A stretch of DNA of 64,000 nt from Laetmonice hystrix (lineage: Eukaryota). How positions within the stretch are numbered: position 1 is the stretch's first letter; each line of letters starts with the position of its first letter. The notes under the pieces were generated by a model. It was not told the origin of the DNA. It saw only the letters and a program-made list of their open reading frames with translations, and did not search any database. The stretch is taken from NCBI GenBank assembly GCA_965235115.1, contig OZ249450.1:19468001-19532000 (forward strand). Reading direction: 5' to 3'. Below are positions 1 through 13,577 of the stretch, piece by piece. The position numbers and the translations under genes are program-made.

Positions 1-471
1 CTCAAACCCTCCATGACTCATGAATTACAAGAACTTATCCCCCTGAGTTTCTAATTCCTTGCCAACTGTTGCTATCTGTGTGCGTCGCCTGTAACAGCAC
101 CACTGATAGCAGTTCGATCCTCCTCCCCCGTCCTAACTATCTGTAATAAGAAACACCTTATTTATTCTATTTAATACCCCTTCCTCGTCTCATCTCTATT
201 ACCCCCTGCCTATCTGCTCATACCCTTCTTACCCCAGTTTTCTCTAATTGACCGGCACTTAAATTACCCTCCTCGGACCTTGCCTCCAATAGCCAATTCC
301 GTGCTGGTCGTGGTCGTGACGGATGTATGAGGAGGGAGCATGGCGACCAACACTCACACCAGCACCCGCTCCACAAACATTACAAAATGTTTCAAATCAA
401 TGTTACGACAGCCACAATGCAAGCCAATCTCAGCCGCAATCTGCAGCGCCCCCGCTCTGCTGGGCTAAGAC

Positions 472-620
472 GTTATTCCACCATGGCAAAAGTCCCACCA
501 AATTAAGGGGTAGGTTAAGGTTAAGTCAGTATAGGGATAAGGTTTTTTGTCGAGGTCTTGGGGCGAGGTTAGGGTGTAGGCAAATGTTTAGCGTACAAGT
601 AGTGATGAATTTGTAGTTCT
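472..620. mobile_element. Possible degraded copy of the same element family
   Basis: TTATTCCACCATGGCAAAAGTCCCACCAAATT followed by a GGTTAAGG/GGTTAGGG core; the far end is poorly conserved. Confidence 0.4.
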
Positions 621-1792
621 TAAACACAGATTTCGTGGACGTGTCTCCACTGAAGATCTGCCGGGAAGACCACATGGTTGGCGGTCCATTGATTGCTCAT
701 GTGGAGGCACGGCTCACAACTGGGACAAAGCCTGGCAGGGAAGGAGGGGCGGGGGTTGTGGACCGTCCTGGACTGGGTCCTCCAGAGAAGGCTCTATTCG
801 AGTTACGTTTAACACCGAACACCTACAAGAAACCTATATGAGTGGAGAGAAAATCTTGTAATAGGCAGATGCGAGCTTGTGGTACATCTTTACAAATTCG
901 CACCATGAAGCAAGCAATTTTTCATGACTTCGAAATACATTCCCCCACCCCTAGAGCTATCTAAGCACCTGCACTGACAATACACACATTGCCATGGAAA
1001 TTGACCACATCCCATTCCTCAGTCGTGACCTTGGGGCAGGTGCAGAGAGGAAGCTGCACAGAGCGGGAAATGGGCAAAATATTGCCGGCTGCTTATTGCG
1101 CTCATGGCGCCCGTATTTTACGGTCTTGTTAGAACGGGTTCCTCCCGGCAAGTAAACACCTGTCATTCCACCAAAACTGCTCGCCCCACTGGCCTTCTCT
1201 GTGAACCCATTTAACCTCACCACACTCAGTATTCCTACCTTCACATTCCGGTTCTATGCGACATTTCCCAGGTTCTCATTTAAAGCCACAATGCCAGACT
1301 TCTGTACACAACTCTAGGCCATTTGGAATTGTCCCTGGCGTACAACTATGAGAGAATTCAGTACGTTTAAGTAGACAAGAAGTGGTCCCATCCAGACCCT
1401 ATTTCCCTTCCCGTTATACAATGTGGCCTAGAGGAATTCGTATATTATTTTCTTCAATTCACGGATGTGTGCAACGTATGTAGATCTACATGGACAAGTA
1501 CGTTTACAACAATAACAACCAGGCAGTGATAAGCTCTTTTTTCACGGGTCGATTTAAGTCTGTTTTCAGGAGTGATGAGGTGAATAAATCGCATGTTTCA
1601 GGTTTAGCAGCAGCATACAATATGAATAATCTTCCCACGTTTAGATTCACAAGTACCCAGTGTCCTTAGACAGCTGACCTATATTATAAGTGACAAGAAT
1701 GCCAGGACCATTACAACGTCGCCACCCCTACATCAGGGTGTTAAGGGACACCCCCAACAACCCAAGGAAACCCAGAGAAATGGTTGGGGGCG

Positions 1793-3432
1793 TTACCCTG
1801 TGCCTCGGTCCACACCGAGTTTTATAACACTCCCCTGTCTTTGATTGAGAGATGGTTGTGGTGTTACCCTGTGCCTCCACACAGAGTTTTATAACACTCC
1901 CCTGTCTTTGATTGAGAGATGGTTGTGGTGTTACCCTGTGCCTCCACACAGAGTTTTATAACACTCCCCTGTCTTTGATTGAGAGATGGTTGTGGTGTTA
2001 CCCTGTGCCTCAGTCCACACACAGTTTTATAACACTCCCCTGTCTTTGATTGAGAGATGGTTGTGGTGTTACCCTGTGCCTCCACACACAGTTTTATAAC
2101 ACTCCCCTGTCTTTGATTGAGAGATGGTTGTGGTGTTACCCTGTGCCTCGGTCCACACACAGTTTTATAACACTCCCCTGTCTTTGATTGAGAGATGGTT
2201 GTGGTGTTACCCTGTGCCTCGGTCCACACACAGTTTTATAACACTCCCCTGTCTTTGATTGAGAGATGGTTGTGGTGTTACCCTGTGCCTCGGTCCACAC
2301 ACAGTTTTATAACACTCCCCTGTCTTTGATTGAGAGATGGTTGTGGTGTTACCCTGTGCCTCGGTCCACACACAGTTTTATAACACTCCCCTGTCTTTGA
2401 TTGAGAGATGGTTGTGGTGTTACCCTGTGCCTCCACACAGAGTTTTATAACACTCCCCTGTCTTTGATTGAGAGATGGTTGTGGTGTTACCCTGTGCCTC
2501 GGTCCACACACAGTTTTATAACACTCCCCTGTCTTTGATTGAGAGATGGTTGTGGTGTTACCCTGTGCCTCCACACAGAGTTTTATAACACTCCCCTGTC
2601 TTTGATTGAGAGATGGTTGTGGTGTTACCCTGTGCCTCCACGCCGAGTTTTATAACACTCCCCTGTCTTTGATTGAGAGATGGTTGTGGTGTTACCCTGT
2701 GCCTCGGTCCACACACAGTTTTATAACACTCCCCTGTCTTTGATTGAGAGATGGTTGTGGTGTTACCCTGTGCCTCCACACCGAGTTTTATAACACTCCC
2801 CTGTCTTTGATTGAGAGATGGTTGTGGTGTTAACCTGTGCCTCCACACACAGTTTTATAACACTCCCCTGTCTTTGATTGAGAGATGGTTGTGGTGTTAC
2901 CCTGTGCCTCCACACACAGTTTTATAACACTCCCCTGTCTTTGATTGAGAGATGGTTGTGGTGTTACCCTGTGCCTCCACACACAGTTTTATAACACTCC
3001 CCTGTCTTTGATTGAGAGATGGTTGTGGTGTTACCCTGTGCCTCCACACACAGTTTTATAACACTCCCCTGTCTTTGATTGAGAGATGGTTGTGGTGTTA
3101 CCCTGTGCCTCGGTCCACACCGAGTTTTATAACACTCCCCTGTCTTTGATTGAGAGATGGTTGTGGTGTTACCCTGTGCCTCGGTCCACACACAGTTTTA
3201 TAACACTCCCCTGTCTTTGATTGAGAGATGGTTGTGGTGTTACCCTGTGCCTCGGTCCACACAGAGTTTTATAACACTCCCCTGTCTTTGATTGAGAGAT
3301 GGTTGTGGTGTTACCCTGTGCCTCGGTCCACACACAGTTTTATAACACTCCCCTGTCTTTGATTGAGAGATGGTTGTGGTGTTACCCTGTGCCTCCACAC
3401 CAAGTTTTATAACACTCCCCTGTCTTTGATTG
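1793..3432. repeat. Minisatellite, 71/67-bp units, about 24 copies
   Basis: Unit GTTACCCTGTGCCTC(GGTC)CACACACAGTTTTATAACACTCCCCTGTCTTTGATTGAGAGATGGTTGTGGT repeated head-to-tail. Confidence 0.97.
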
Positions 3433-6400
3433 AGTGCGAGTTCACCGTGTTTTCACACCTGGCCGGCTGCCTGACACCGGCACACCTATCAGAACCGGCC
3501 ACGTGGTTTCCCTTGGGAAGCCAACCCAATCTCCCCTCCCCCACTCCGGTACAGGGCTGGCACGGGAAGCCAACCCAATCTCCCCTCCCCTACTCCGGTA
3601 CTGGGCTCCCCGCCTTCTCCGGTACAGGGCTGGTACGGTGCACGTCCAATGAACCTACATAATCAACGCATTTCATGCATGCCGCACAACAAACACAGAA
3701 AACTCACCTTCATTTCCAGCTAGCAAGGTCTGAAATTAACCTTGGCCCTGGTCATTCTTACTCTTAGGCACTAAATAACCAGGAGTTATAGTCTCCCCAT
3801 CAGCAGTACCCATGTGAACTGTGCCACGTGTATTTTGGATTTAAGATAAACTTAAGATACACCACTTGATGATATATTTCTATTACTATATACCCTAGGC
3901 ATCTCCATACTTATTCATACGGAACTGCGCAGTTTCTCGTGCAGTCATAGCTCCACGGCACCCTGGGTCTGCCTTCAGAAAGCGCATCAAGTAGTATGTA
4001 AAAAGAAGGCTTTGACTCAGGCCCAACTGAGCGCTGTCCCACGGCTCATGTACATAGAACAACTTGAGATGGGAATCCATATATCCAACAGTGTCCCAGA
4101 TTACAACACTAAGCGTCAAAGAGAGCTCGCCCCGCCTTCCAATCATCACAGTGGTATGAAGAAAGACATTATCACCATAGTAACGGGGCTAGCTACTACC
4201 ACCTCTCTGATCCTACAATATTACACGTCTCAGAGGGAGCAAGTCATAATCATTGCCTTCCTACATAAAAATTGACTTAATAATTTCCAGGTATTACTTG
4301 TCTCTTAAATACCAATTACACGCTCCGACAGCCATCCCTACAAGCTGGTATCTCTGAGCACACATTGCTCTGCGTCGCTGTCATCCGCTGGGTATAAAAC
4401 ACAATAGGATCCTATACAAACAAATCCATTTCTTTTATCCCCATTTCCTCTCGAACGGATTGCAATAAAGACCCGCGCAGTGTGCATATTGAGTCCTTCT
4501 GGGCGCAGTTACCCTGGTCCAAGAGCAGCGTGGTGTTGTCAGATTCAGGGGTCTCCCCACCAAACAACAAGGCACCTCGACCTCTGCTGGGCGTTAGTCA
4601 ATGTCATTGTGCTACTACAGTTGACAGGGTCATTACGGGCGAACAAAGATCACCCCTCACACGCTGGCGTCTTGTCACCCTCAGTAATCACCAGTTGTCT
4701 GACTGGCCAGTGGTATACGCCCATTACACCCCCCTGGGGTAAGGGGGCGGGGGTGAGGACCAAGCCAGGGCGGTGTTAGCTAACACTACAATTGACGTCT
4801 TTGACAATGTCATGATCACTTGATCGCATTACGGTTAACTCCGAGTACCGCGGGTCAACACACACACGTCATGCACACAGACAGCTCAACCTGGCTCAGC
4901 AAAGTACGCCTTGTAGTTTTAACTGTTAACAGCAAATACATCCATACATTTTCTCCAATTCACGGCTCTGGCATGCTTGGTTAAACAGCAGTCTTTACGT
5001 GGGTACAGCGTATGTACCTGTACAAGTAATACAATAACTGTATGAAAATACTTAGAATGAGCGTCGTGACTGAATAACGTTTCACATTATATTTTGTGCT
5101 CTCACATCCCAATTTCCAACATACAATCTTTGTTTCCTGTATAAATTTCAACATAGTTTACAGGTCATTTTACACTTTGCCACGTTCCCGACCCTACAAT
5201 ACCTACCCCACCCACCCCCACCCACCCCCACACACGACCTTCAGTGTCTGTGAGAAGTGACCATGTAGCCGATGTCAAGTCCACCATCTTCAGGCAGACC
5301 TCAGTCATGTCTTTATGTTACCGGTCTCCACCAACTCATCCATACAAACAACACCCCCTTCCCCTCCAGGCTCATCTTCTCACCGTTAGTATTTCAACTT
5401 CCGCTGTAATAATCAGTCCCGGCCAATTACAAACAGAGGAAGTGTTTGTGCGATCCGGAGAACCAATTCTGAATGTAAAATGTAATAATCCTTCCGTATA
5501 TTTCTGCCATTCATACTGGCTGGCAGACAAATGGGCCCCGCGCTGGGAGAGCGCCGTTTTAATACATCATTCTTGTCAGCTCTTGTCAGCTCAGATATCT
5601 TCTCCGTTTTTCTCACCATCACTTGGGGATTTCTTTTTTCCCCAGCAGCATCACTAATGCATGCACGGTCTTTTAAAACCAATGACGTTGTTTCTGATAG
5701 ATGGAGGTCCTGCGGTCCTAAAATACATGCCGTTGAATGGAATACAAACGAGTTGGCTCCGGAGAATGATCTCATCTGACCCGTGTAACCTGACCCCAGA
5801 ATCTGCCATGTGACAAGGCATTGCTCCTCCTCATCCGGGCCACCCTGACAGTTAACGCATTAGGATAGGATCAAACAAATAACACCTGGATAATCATCAA
5901 CAGCGCTCATGTAACTGAAATTAAATACACTCACGTGCTTTTTGGTTGGGAGAGATTTACACAATAATTCTTAGGGTATGAATCAGGCAAGTATCACTGT
6001 AGTAAATCTTGAGCCCTTCTGTTATTCGTAATCTCAATTTATGTACAATTATGTGATATAATTCCCTAAAATACCGTGAAACGTGAAAAGCACAACGTCT
6101 TCATTGTGGGCGATATAAAAAAAACATTCCTGTCGGACTCAGCTTACAACGCTGCTCATTTTTCCTTGATAAATCAAGGGAATTGTAATTAAGCCCTATC
6201 TATGTTCTGATGCTAAATGGGTACTACAGCCATTTCTCAATGTTTCTAGGGCAAAATCAGGTTAATATGGTGGCGGGCTGTGCTGGCGAGCCATACCAAT
6301 CTCCGTTGGTATTTTTCCATGCCCCATCACGCACGTGACTACATAATTCGCAGCGAGTTGACATGATGCCCACACGGGCCAGATAGTCGCTCGCCGACCA

Positions 6401-7367
6401 CCACAAATCTCATCGTTTACAGCGAGGGAAGCCATCCTTTACGGCACGAGTATTCCCTATACCAGCCATCAGGCCCGATCCTCGATCCCAACCCAGGATT
6501 CGGCCTGAGGCAGACAAGTGGTACAAGATTCTGCACTGAATCAGGTCTCCCGAGTCAGTGATCGCTTGATTCCAAGTCCAATCTCATTATACGACTTACA
6601 ACCACCGCGTTGTCTGGACAACATGACGGGAGGGGGCAGTGCATTGACGAGTTGTATAAAACATCCCTCAATGGTATAACCCGACAGGTGCGGGTCACAA
6701 TAACAGATACTGTTGGTAAAACGGGTAATTATCTGGGTTCGCTGAGGGGGTGGGGTGGGGTGGGGGCAGTGTCTGCCTACTGTATACATAATGCCATTTC
6801 CAAATCTAAATGGAAGAGAAGGACACTCTAGTCTATACACTGAACAAAACGAACGAACATCAAACCATAAAAATCTCGCCTATATGTACTTACAATACAT
6901 TAGATGTTGCACAGACCCTGTGGCTGCTTGCCATTCCCTACAATATGCAACGTGTGGGGCTAGGAAGTGCCAATCATAACAGAATTCAATACCAAAGAAG
7001 AAACAGTAGCTTCAAGCTATGAGCCAAGCACTGGCAGACCGCTATCCAGTATCCGTTTTCCCGCCACTCTGGACCTGTGCCAGGAGCGTCCTGCAGCAAT
7101 TTCTCATTGCTATGTGCTACTCACAGCACCATATGCCCGCCCCAGGGGGGGGGGGGCGCCCATGTTGTGACGACGGTAAACCATCCCATCCATGTCGCAC
7201 GCACCCTAGGGGCTCCGTCATTTCTCCCTGATCACAGATCGCGCCAGAAACGGAATCCAGGTTAAAGGGCCGAGGTCAACACTCAATAACGCCTGATACA
7301 AATAAACAACTCGATATACTACTTGGTGTAAGTAGTGTATGGAATCGGCTGTTTGTAGCAGGCTCCA

Positions 7368-7555
7368 TAGGCTCAATACAGCATACTGCCTGGTACATTT
7401 AACAGGCTCAATACCGCATACTGCCTGATACATTTAACAGGCTCAATACAGCATACTGCCTGATACATTTAACAGGCTCAATACCGCATACTGCCTGATA
7501 CATTTAACAATTCCATAGGCTCAATACCGCATACTGCCTGTTACATTTAAAAACT
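7368..7555. repeat. Minisatellite, 35-bp unit, about 5 copies
   Basis: GGCTCAATAC(A/C)GCATACTGCCTG(G/A)TACATTTAACA repeats. Confidence 0.9.
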
Positions 7556-7804
7556 CCATACACTACTTATGACAAGGCTTATTGGGAGTATATGTATAAG
7601 TTGAGCAGAACGCTAAGACACTCACAGATACCATGTTTAGCTCATATCTCGGGCCAACAGCTCACAAGGCAGTCATGTTAACACCGAAAAGCTTTGATCT
7701 CCAGGCGGCGTTCATAATTAAACGACTTGGATCTGGGTGCCATAGATTTTAACGACACTCCAGGCTGACATTTTCGTGTGTGTGTATGGGGGGGGGGGGG
7801 GGGG

Positions 7805-8240
7805 CACCCGGGCTCCTGACTGCTAGCGGACAGGACACCCCGGCTCCTGACTGAGAGGAGACAGGTCTCGGCTCAGACACCCCGGCTCCTGACTGCGAGC
7901 GGACAGGTCTCGGCTCAGACACCCGGGCTCCTGACTGTAAGCAGACAGGTCTCGGCTCAGACACCCCGGCTCCTGACTGAGAGCGGACAGGTCTCGGCTC
8001 AGACACCTCGGCTCCTGACTGCGAGCAGCGGCTCCTGACTGAGAGGAGACAGGTCTCGGCTCAGACACCCGGGCTCCTGACTGAGAGCGGACAGGTCTCG
8101 GCTCAGACACCCGGACTCCTGAGTGTAAGCGGACAGGTCTCGGCTCAGACACCCCGGCTCCTGACTGAGATCAGACAGGTCTTGGCTCAGACACCTCGGC
8201 TTCTGACTGAGAGGAGAGAGGTCTGGGCTCAGACAGCCGG
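7805..8240. repeat. Minisatellite, 42-bp unit, about 10 copies
   Basis: CCCGGCTCCTGACTGAGAGGAGACAGGTCTCGGCTCAGACAC and variants. Confidence 0.93.
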
Positions 8241-9559
8241 GCGCCTGTCAGGCAGTGTCCGTGCCAGTCACGGGACCCAGACTCGGCACGACACACGTCG
8301 GACGTCCTCACGTGCTCAACCCCCATCAACACGGATTGACTGTACCACCCCACCCCATCCTGTCTGCACCCCACCCCCTCCGTGATCCTCTGGCCATACC
8401 CTTTCAAACTCTACCAAGACATGCTAACTCCTTCATCATTCTGGACTGACCAACAAAATATCTCCAGCAATTACACCGACAACCATCTCATTAGGGACGA
8501 TTTCTTCAGCAATACATCAAAACCACACGCTGCCATGCTGCCATGCCACATGTTACCAACTCCATGAGTTGAGCAAGTTTAAGTCTATTCTCACCCACCA
8601 AACATGGGTTTCGTCCATATACCCTTCATGCTGGTGGTGGGAACTGCTTTATTTTTTTTATTTTCTAGGTCCCATTTCTATTTTTAGGTCCTTAAATTAT
8701 TAGTAAGACATACATTTCTATCCGAATGATGATAACAAACCCACAGCAGCAATGCTAACATCCAAGGCGGACGGCCAATTAATTTGGTAACAGCGACTGA
8801 TTTAAAAAGATACCTGCACCTTTCAATCAAAATATAATGAGTTCTTCAAGCTTCATCTTCTGTAAGTTCATCTTTTCCACAAAGCCTACTCGTACATAAA
8901 AAGACTGATTTCAAGATGCGGCCAAGTAAACAGAAATAAATTCTTCACTTCAGTTATTACTTCATGGCATTTCAGACCTCGGTGTAAAATTCTACTAGAT
9001 CTACTCTTGACTATAGTGGGGCCTAGGTCTCTTTTATATGCTATCACTCTAGGACAATTAGCATGTCTGGTGATTTGAAATCATCCATCTGTCCGCTGGG
9101 GATTGGAGTAATAGTATTTTACTGTCCCAGCACGAAGCGCCTCCTAGCTGTGATATAAAACACTACCCGCTGCCCGTGACTTTAGCTCGTTCCTTAAGGC
9201 AGTTGCTCGCTGAGGTACACACTAAATCAATACAAGTACAAGCTAACTGCCTGGGTCCCGCGCTAACTCAATTTAACAACTTGCCCCATAGACAAAACAT
9301 CTTCGGCTGGAGACCGTGGGCGTCAGACTTTGGTTGAAAAACAGATCATTTCTAGCGGATGAGAGAAAGTGAAACTGTTTTTTTACCCTCCCCTGGGAGT
9401 TCGCAATGATCAGAGTAATTGTGCTGTTATCAGCGGATGAAAGGCGCTTTGTGACGCCAGTAACATCATCCTGTGTGACGCCAGTGTAATTGAGAGCGAT
9501 AGGCTATGATCATGTTCAGTCGTCGACCGGTGGCGAGTACCGTGCGGGCCAGGGATGGG

Positions 9560-10232
9560 TCAGAGGCGGGCTGCAGACGTGAGCCGGTCAAAGAACATGG
9601 TGCCCCTTGGTGTATCATTACAGAGACCTGCGTGTGTTATACCGACAATCTGGGCCCTCATTAGGACAACAGTTGGCCGGCTCCATCACAGGGCTGCCGG
9701 GCGTCAGGAAACTAACCAGATACTTCCCCTCATTCAACAACGATCCCGCCAAAAACATCCGGCATCAAATCCTATAATTAAATACAAGCAATGAACAGGG
9801 TTCTACCAGCAATCTTCCTGCTAAAACTAAGGAAAGACATTTACCATTGTTTAATCTTTGTTCCTTGGTTTCGTCCTTCTTCTCCTCGCCGGGAGAGGGC
9901 GTCTCCAGTGCAGGAACCACTGGGTTCAGGTCAATGATCTGCGACGCCTCTTTTTCCTTTTTCACTTCCTCTTTCTTGGCCCGTCGATGTCTCTCAATGG
10001 TTTCGTCGTCGGAGAAGTCGGAGTCTCCCGTGTGGACCAGTTTGAGATAGGCTGGGTAGTTTCGCGCCCCGTCTGACACCAACTTCTCGATCTTGTCCCG
10101 AGTTCGCAACTTCTTCCTCGTCTTGGCCACATTGGTGGCGTGCGATGGCGGCGGGGGTTCGTCCGTCACGGACGGCGAGTCGGTGTTCTGGGCGATTAAT
10201 TGGGCATGGTACTCCTTGAGGATGGCTTCCAT
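9560..10232 (-). CDS. Candidate uncharacterised charged/disordered protein (about 151 aa); exons 10232-9845 and 9627-9560
   Basis: Open frame MEAILKEYHAQL...KEQRLNN with good start context (acaATGG), a phase-1 donor (G|gtaaat) and a compatible acceptor (acacgcag|) giving GLCNDTPRGTMFFDRLTSAARL*. An acceptor at 10261 means it could instead be an internal exon. No recognisable domain. Confidence 0.4.
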
Positions 10233-13200
10233 TGTTACAGGTCGTCTTGGAAACCGTACACCTAAATGTGGGGTTGATAGGGATCTCACTGATGTAGTTA
10301 GCTGTTATCCTCTGACGTGTAGTCGACTGATGCAGTGGGTGACTGGCCTCACTGAAGCAGCGGTATGGTGTGCTCCGTTATGCAGAAGCCTGGGATCCTC
10401 ATTGAGGCAGTGGTCAGTTGTTTTCACTGATGCAGTTGTTAGGTGTTTGTGCGGCTTTGATTACTTTACCCCGAACCCCACAGACTGGTTAAACTGGGCC
10501 ACGTGCCCTTGGGGTGGTAGGGCTGAATTTGACCTGAACTGACTTGACCTGGATGATAAAAGTTTCCCTGACCTGCTACATACGAACCCGCCCTCACGTT
10601 AATAACGTAGCCAACACGTGAGATGATTCATTCAGGTATGAAGCCACCAATTGATTTTTTTACCTCATGGCACTCGGTGTATGCCTGGGTGAACTTTGAC
10701 CTAGAAATCCAGGTGAATGAAAGTAATCAATAGATAGTCGTGGCGGTGCTGTAACGTCAGGATCCAAGTACGCATGCACTGAATACTTCCATTGACCACA
10801 CCACACGGAACATTCAGTTCAGGTACAGACAATCAAGTTCCATTGATACCCTGCAGTGTGCCAGCGGATTACGGAGTGGAGAGTTGCCGTCTAAAGTCAC
10901 ACTGATCACTCGGCCTGCGTCCCTAGCTCTGCCGAACGCTGCGTCACGACCAACTCCCTGCGTCTCGTACTGCTCACTGATGATGAAGACTGGGGGACGG
11001 CTATGGTAACCACAAGTTAACAACAACCCATCCTTGACGACAGCCAATTGCTGGGCGGGAAACAACTGGGGTGGCGTCGACACACAGACGGAAGTGGCCG
11101 CGGTGACGGAGCGTTCCCCTGACGACTGAGCGCAGACGATACGACACAAACTGCTCCGTTTCTCCCTCTATCCATACATGCGTCTATCTGAGGTATCGGC
11201 CGCACAGCTCTGCCAACCACTGCCAGCCACCTCCCGACCAGCCAGATGCGCGTGCGGCGATGTCTATTGTTTGCAGCGAATCGATCCTAGTTGAGTCGGT
11301 TGGTGGAGTGAGAGGGGATCGAATGAGGCGCAGTCAACTTAAGTGAGACTCCCTCTGTCAGACAGACCGCCTTAACAGGCAGAGAGACCCACACAGCGGC
11401 CCGTGTGCCCCGCTCGCCACAAGTCGGCCAGTTCCTTTAATGGAAGAGCAGTCAAATTTATGGGCCATCTAGATAAGGAAACGTGGCTTTCTGACCGTCT
11501 TGGGATGAGTATTGGTCTGCATTGGATGCCAGTTGCATTCCCGCAGGCCAATTGCATAGTAACGAAGGATTGGCTTGGTTTGATGAAGTGACCAGCCGCC
11601 CAGGGTGCCGAGCTGGGTGAGTGCGACTGGCCGGCCACTTTCACAGCTTGATGCGCAATCTGTTACCTTACAAGATTACACTCGGCGCAATGCCACTCGT
11701 CACATCTTACTTATATACGTTCGACTGCTCTAATAGCAATACTCTGGCAACAAATCCCAATTTACACACATTGACTAAATACAGCTACCAAAGGCTAGGG
11801 TATACGTGGCTAATAATCGGTATACATCAGGTAAGCTAAAGCCCTACTCGTATCCCAGACAAAACGACAAATCTAACCCTCTTAAAATCGCCCCTCTAAA
11901 ATATGACAGAGTTTGCCGAAACTTGACCTCTGGCTTCGTGCACAGTCCGGCCATAACTGCTGCTGATTTAAAAGAATAATCAGTGCAACTCGATGGCAGA
12001 ATAATTATGCCTAGTCATTCAATCTAAACCTTCAAGGACATCCAAGTATACAAACCCAACAAACCATGCCAACCATGGCAGATTTGTCAGCCTGCCAAGA
12101 CTGCTCGGTTGCACTGGAGTAGATGTGCGGGAATGGCTACCAGCTATCGATCCCGGAACAACTTGTGATTCAATCCCAAATACCAACATCCGCAGTGCTG
12201 CAATCCAAACATTACCTGTGCTCTATCGGGTAATCACAACTCAAACACAAACGGCCACCTACTGTCAGCAATCAATTAGAATCGGTGATCAATTTTACTG
12301 AGGACCCTTGGCAGTCAACAAGTGGAAACTAGAAACCATCCTTCTCCACGTCTGATACTATGACAAACACAGCTAACATTACTCTACTAGTCTCTGTCCG
12401 TCAGTAACCCGTGGCTCCCCCTCGACACAGCAAGACGAAGTTTACAGGTTATTTGGTATCCCTGCTCGCATCAAGCAAGATTTTCTGGACTTAACATTAT
12501 TTTGAAACGAACCATCCAGCGGGGATTCAAATTTTCCTTCATAGTCCGTCACACCGCCAGAACGATTGTTCAGCGTTCTAGCAGGAGACAACAACGGGAG
12601 ACTTCTCCACGAGACACTAACTGTGCCATCATGTTGAGAAATTGGGGAGATTCACAGCGACAGAGGGCAAAATAGGATGCCCTTTAGAGAGTGCCTATTC
12701 ATGGACAGTGAAAAAAAGGAAAACAAGTCGCATTTTAAAGTTAAAGTTATTTATGGTTTATCTTTTTGTGTCTGCTTCTTCTGCTTCTTCTTTTAAGGCG
12801 AAAAGGTACATATGTTTCAAATTTCTTTATTTAAGAGATGGTTCCTATTTCCGTTTCTCGTTCTTCGGTCGTGAAATGGTTTCTGACCCTTTGTGTCAGG
12901 TTCTGCCGACCCCAAACTTAGATATCCGGCAGATATCGCGGTCAGGGAGTGCAGCTGGCCCAGTTTTTGTGGAGCGCGCCTGGTTCCACCCGAGCCTTCC
13001 GGTGCCTGTCTCCACAACAGAGGCGTCTCGGCGCACTGGCCGACGGCCTGGATCAAAACACAGGTACACGCCAGGTAAACAGCTCACACCTACATCAAAG
13101 GAGATCATAGCTGACTGAAGTACGAAGGTGCTGTGTACAAAGGTACTAAGCCACATTTGCAAAAAGTCGAGAAGATTTGCCATCTTCAATCGGAATCATT

Positions 13201-13577
13201 TTCTAGTTATCTCTGATTTGTTCATCGTCTATGTCCTACCGCCATTCGATCACGATCTATATTCTCTCTCTTTACTGTCTTTTCTCCTCCACAATATGTA
13301 GCAGGTCTTGCACAGCCGATGCGCCCTGGCATTGTCTCAATGTCACCTCCAGGAAGCTCCAGTATCTGCAATTGGTTCATTTCTCCGTCAGACCCGCTCA
13401 ATAACAACCTTTCTAATGTCGTGATGGACACATGAAAGATATCACGTGTCCAGTTTATGCTGACCTTTGACCCCCTGACAGGGCCATCTCGGACAACCAT
13501 CAGTCTGAGGACAAGGACATGATGGACGTGAAAACATCAGACGTTAATGATCGCCAGGTGAACCCGGTTCTGACCTA

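Noticed and set aside
640-1440. Degenerate transposase or gene remnants on the minus strand
   Set aside because: The frames are broken by many stops and I could recognise no diagnostic motif without a database search.
4510-4585. Kelch-like mini-exon (GRGALLFGGETPES) on the minus strand, or an LTR-like TATA/AATAAA segment at 4390-4480
   Set aside because: It is an isolated motif with no partner exons and no second LTR or gag/pol sequence.
13222-13500. LRR-like stretch (MNQLQILELPGGDIETMPGRIG)
   Set aside because: Only one partial repeat, lacking the conserved Asn, with no adjoining LRR exons.
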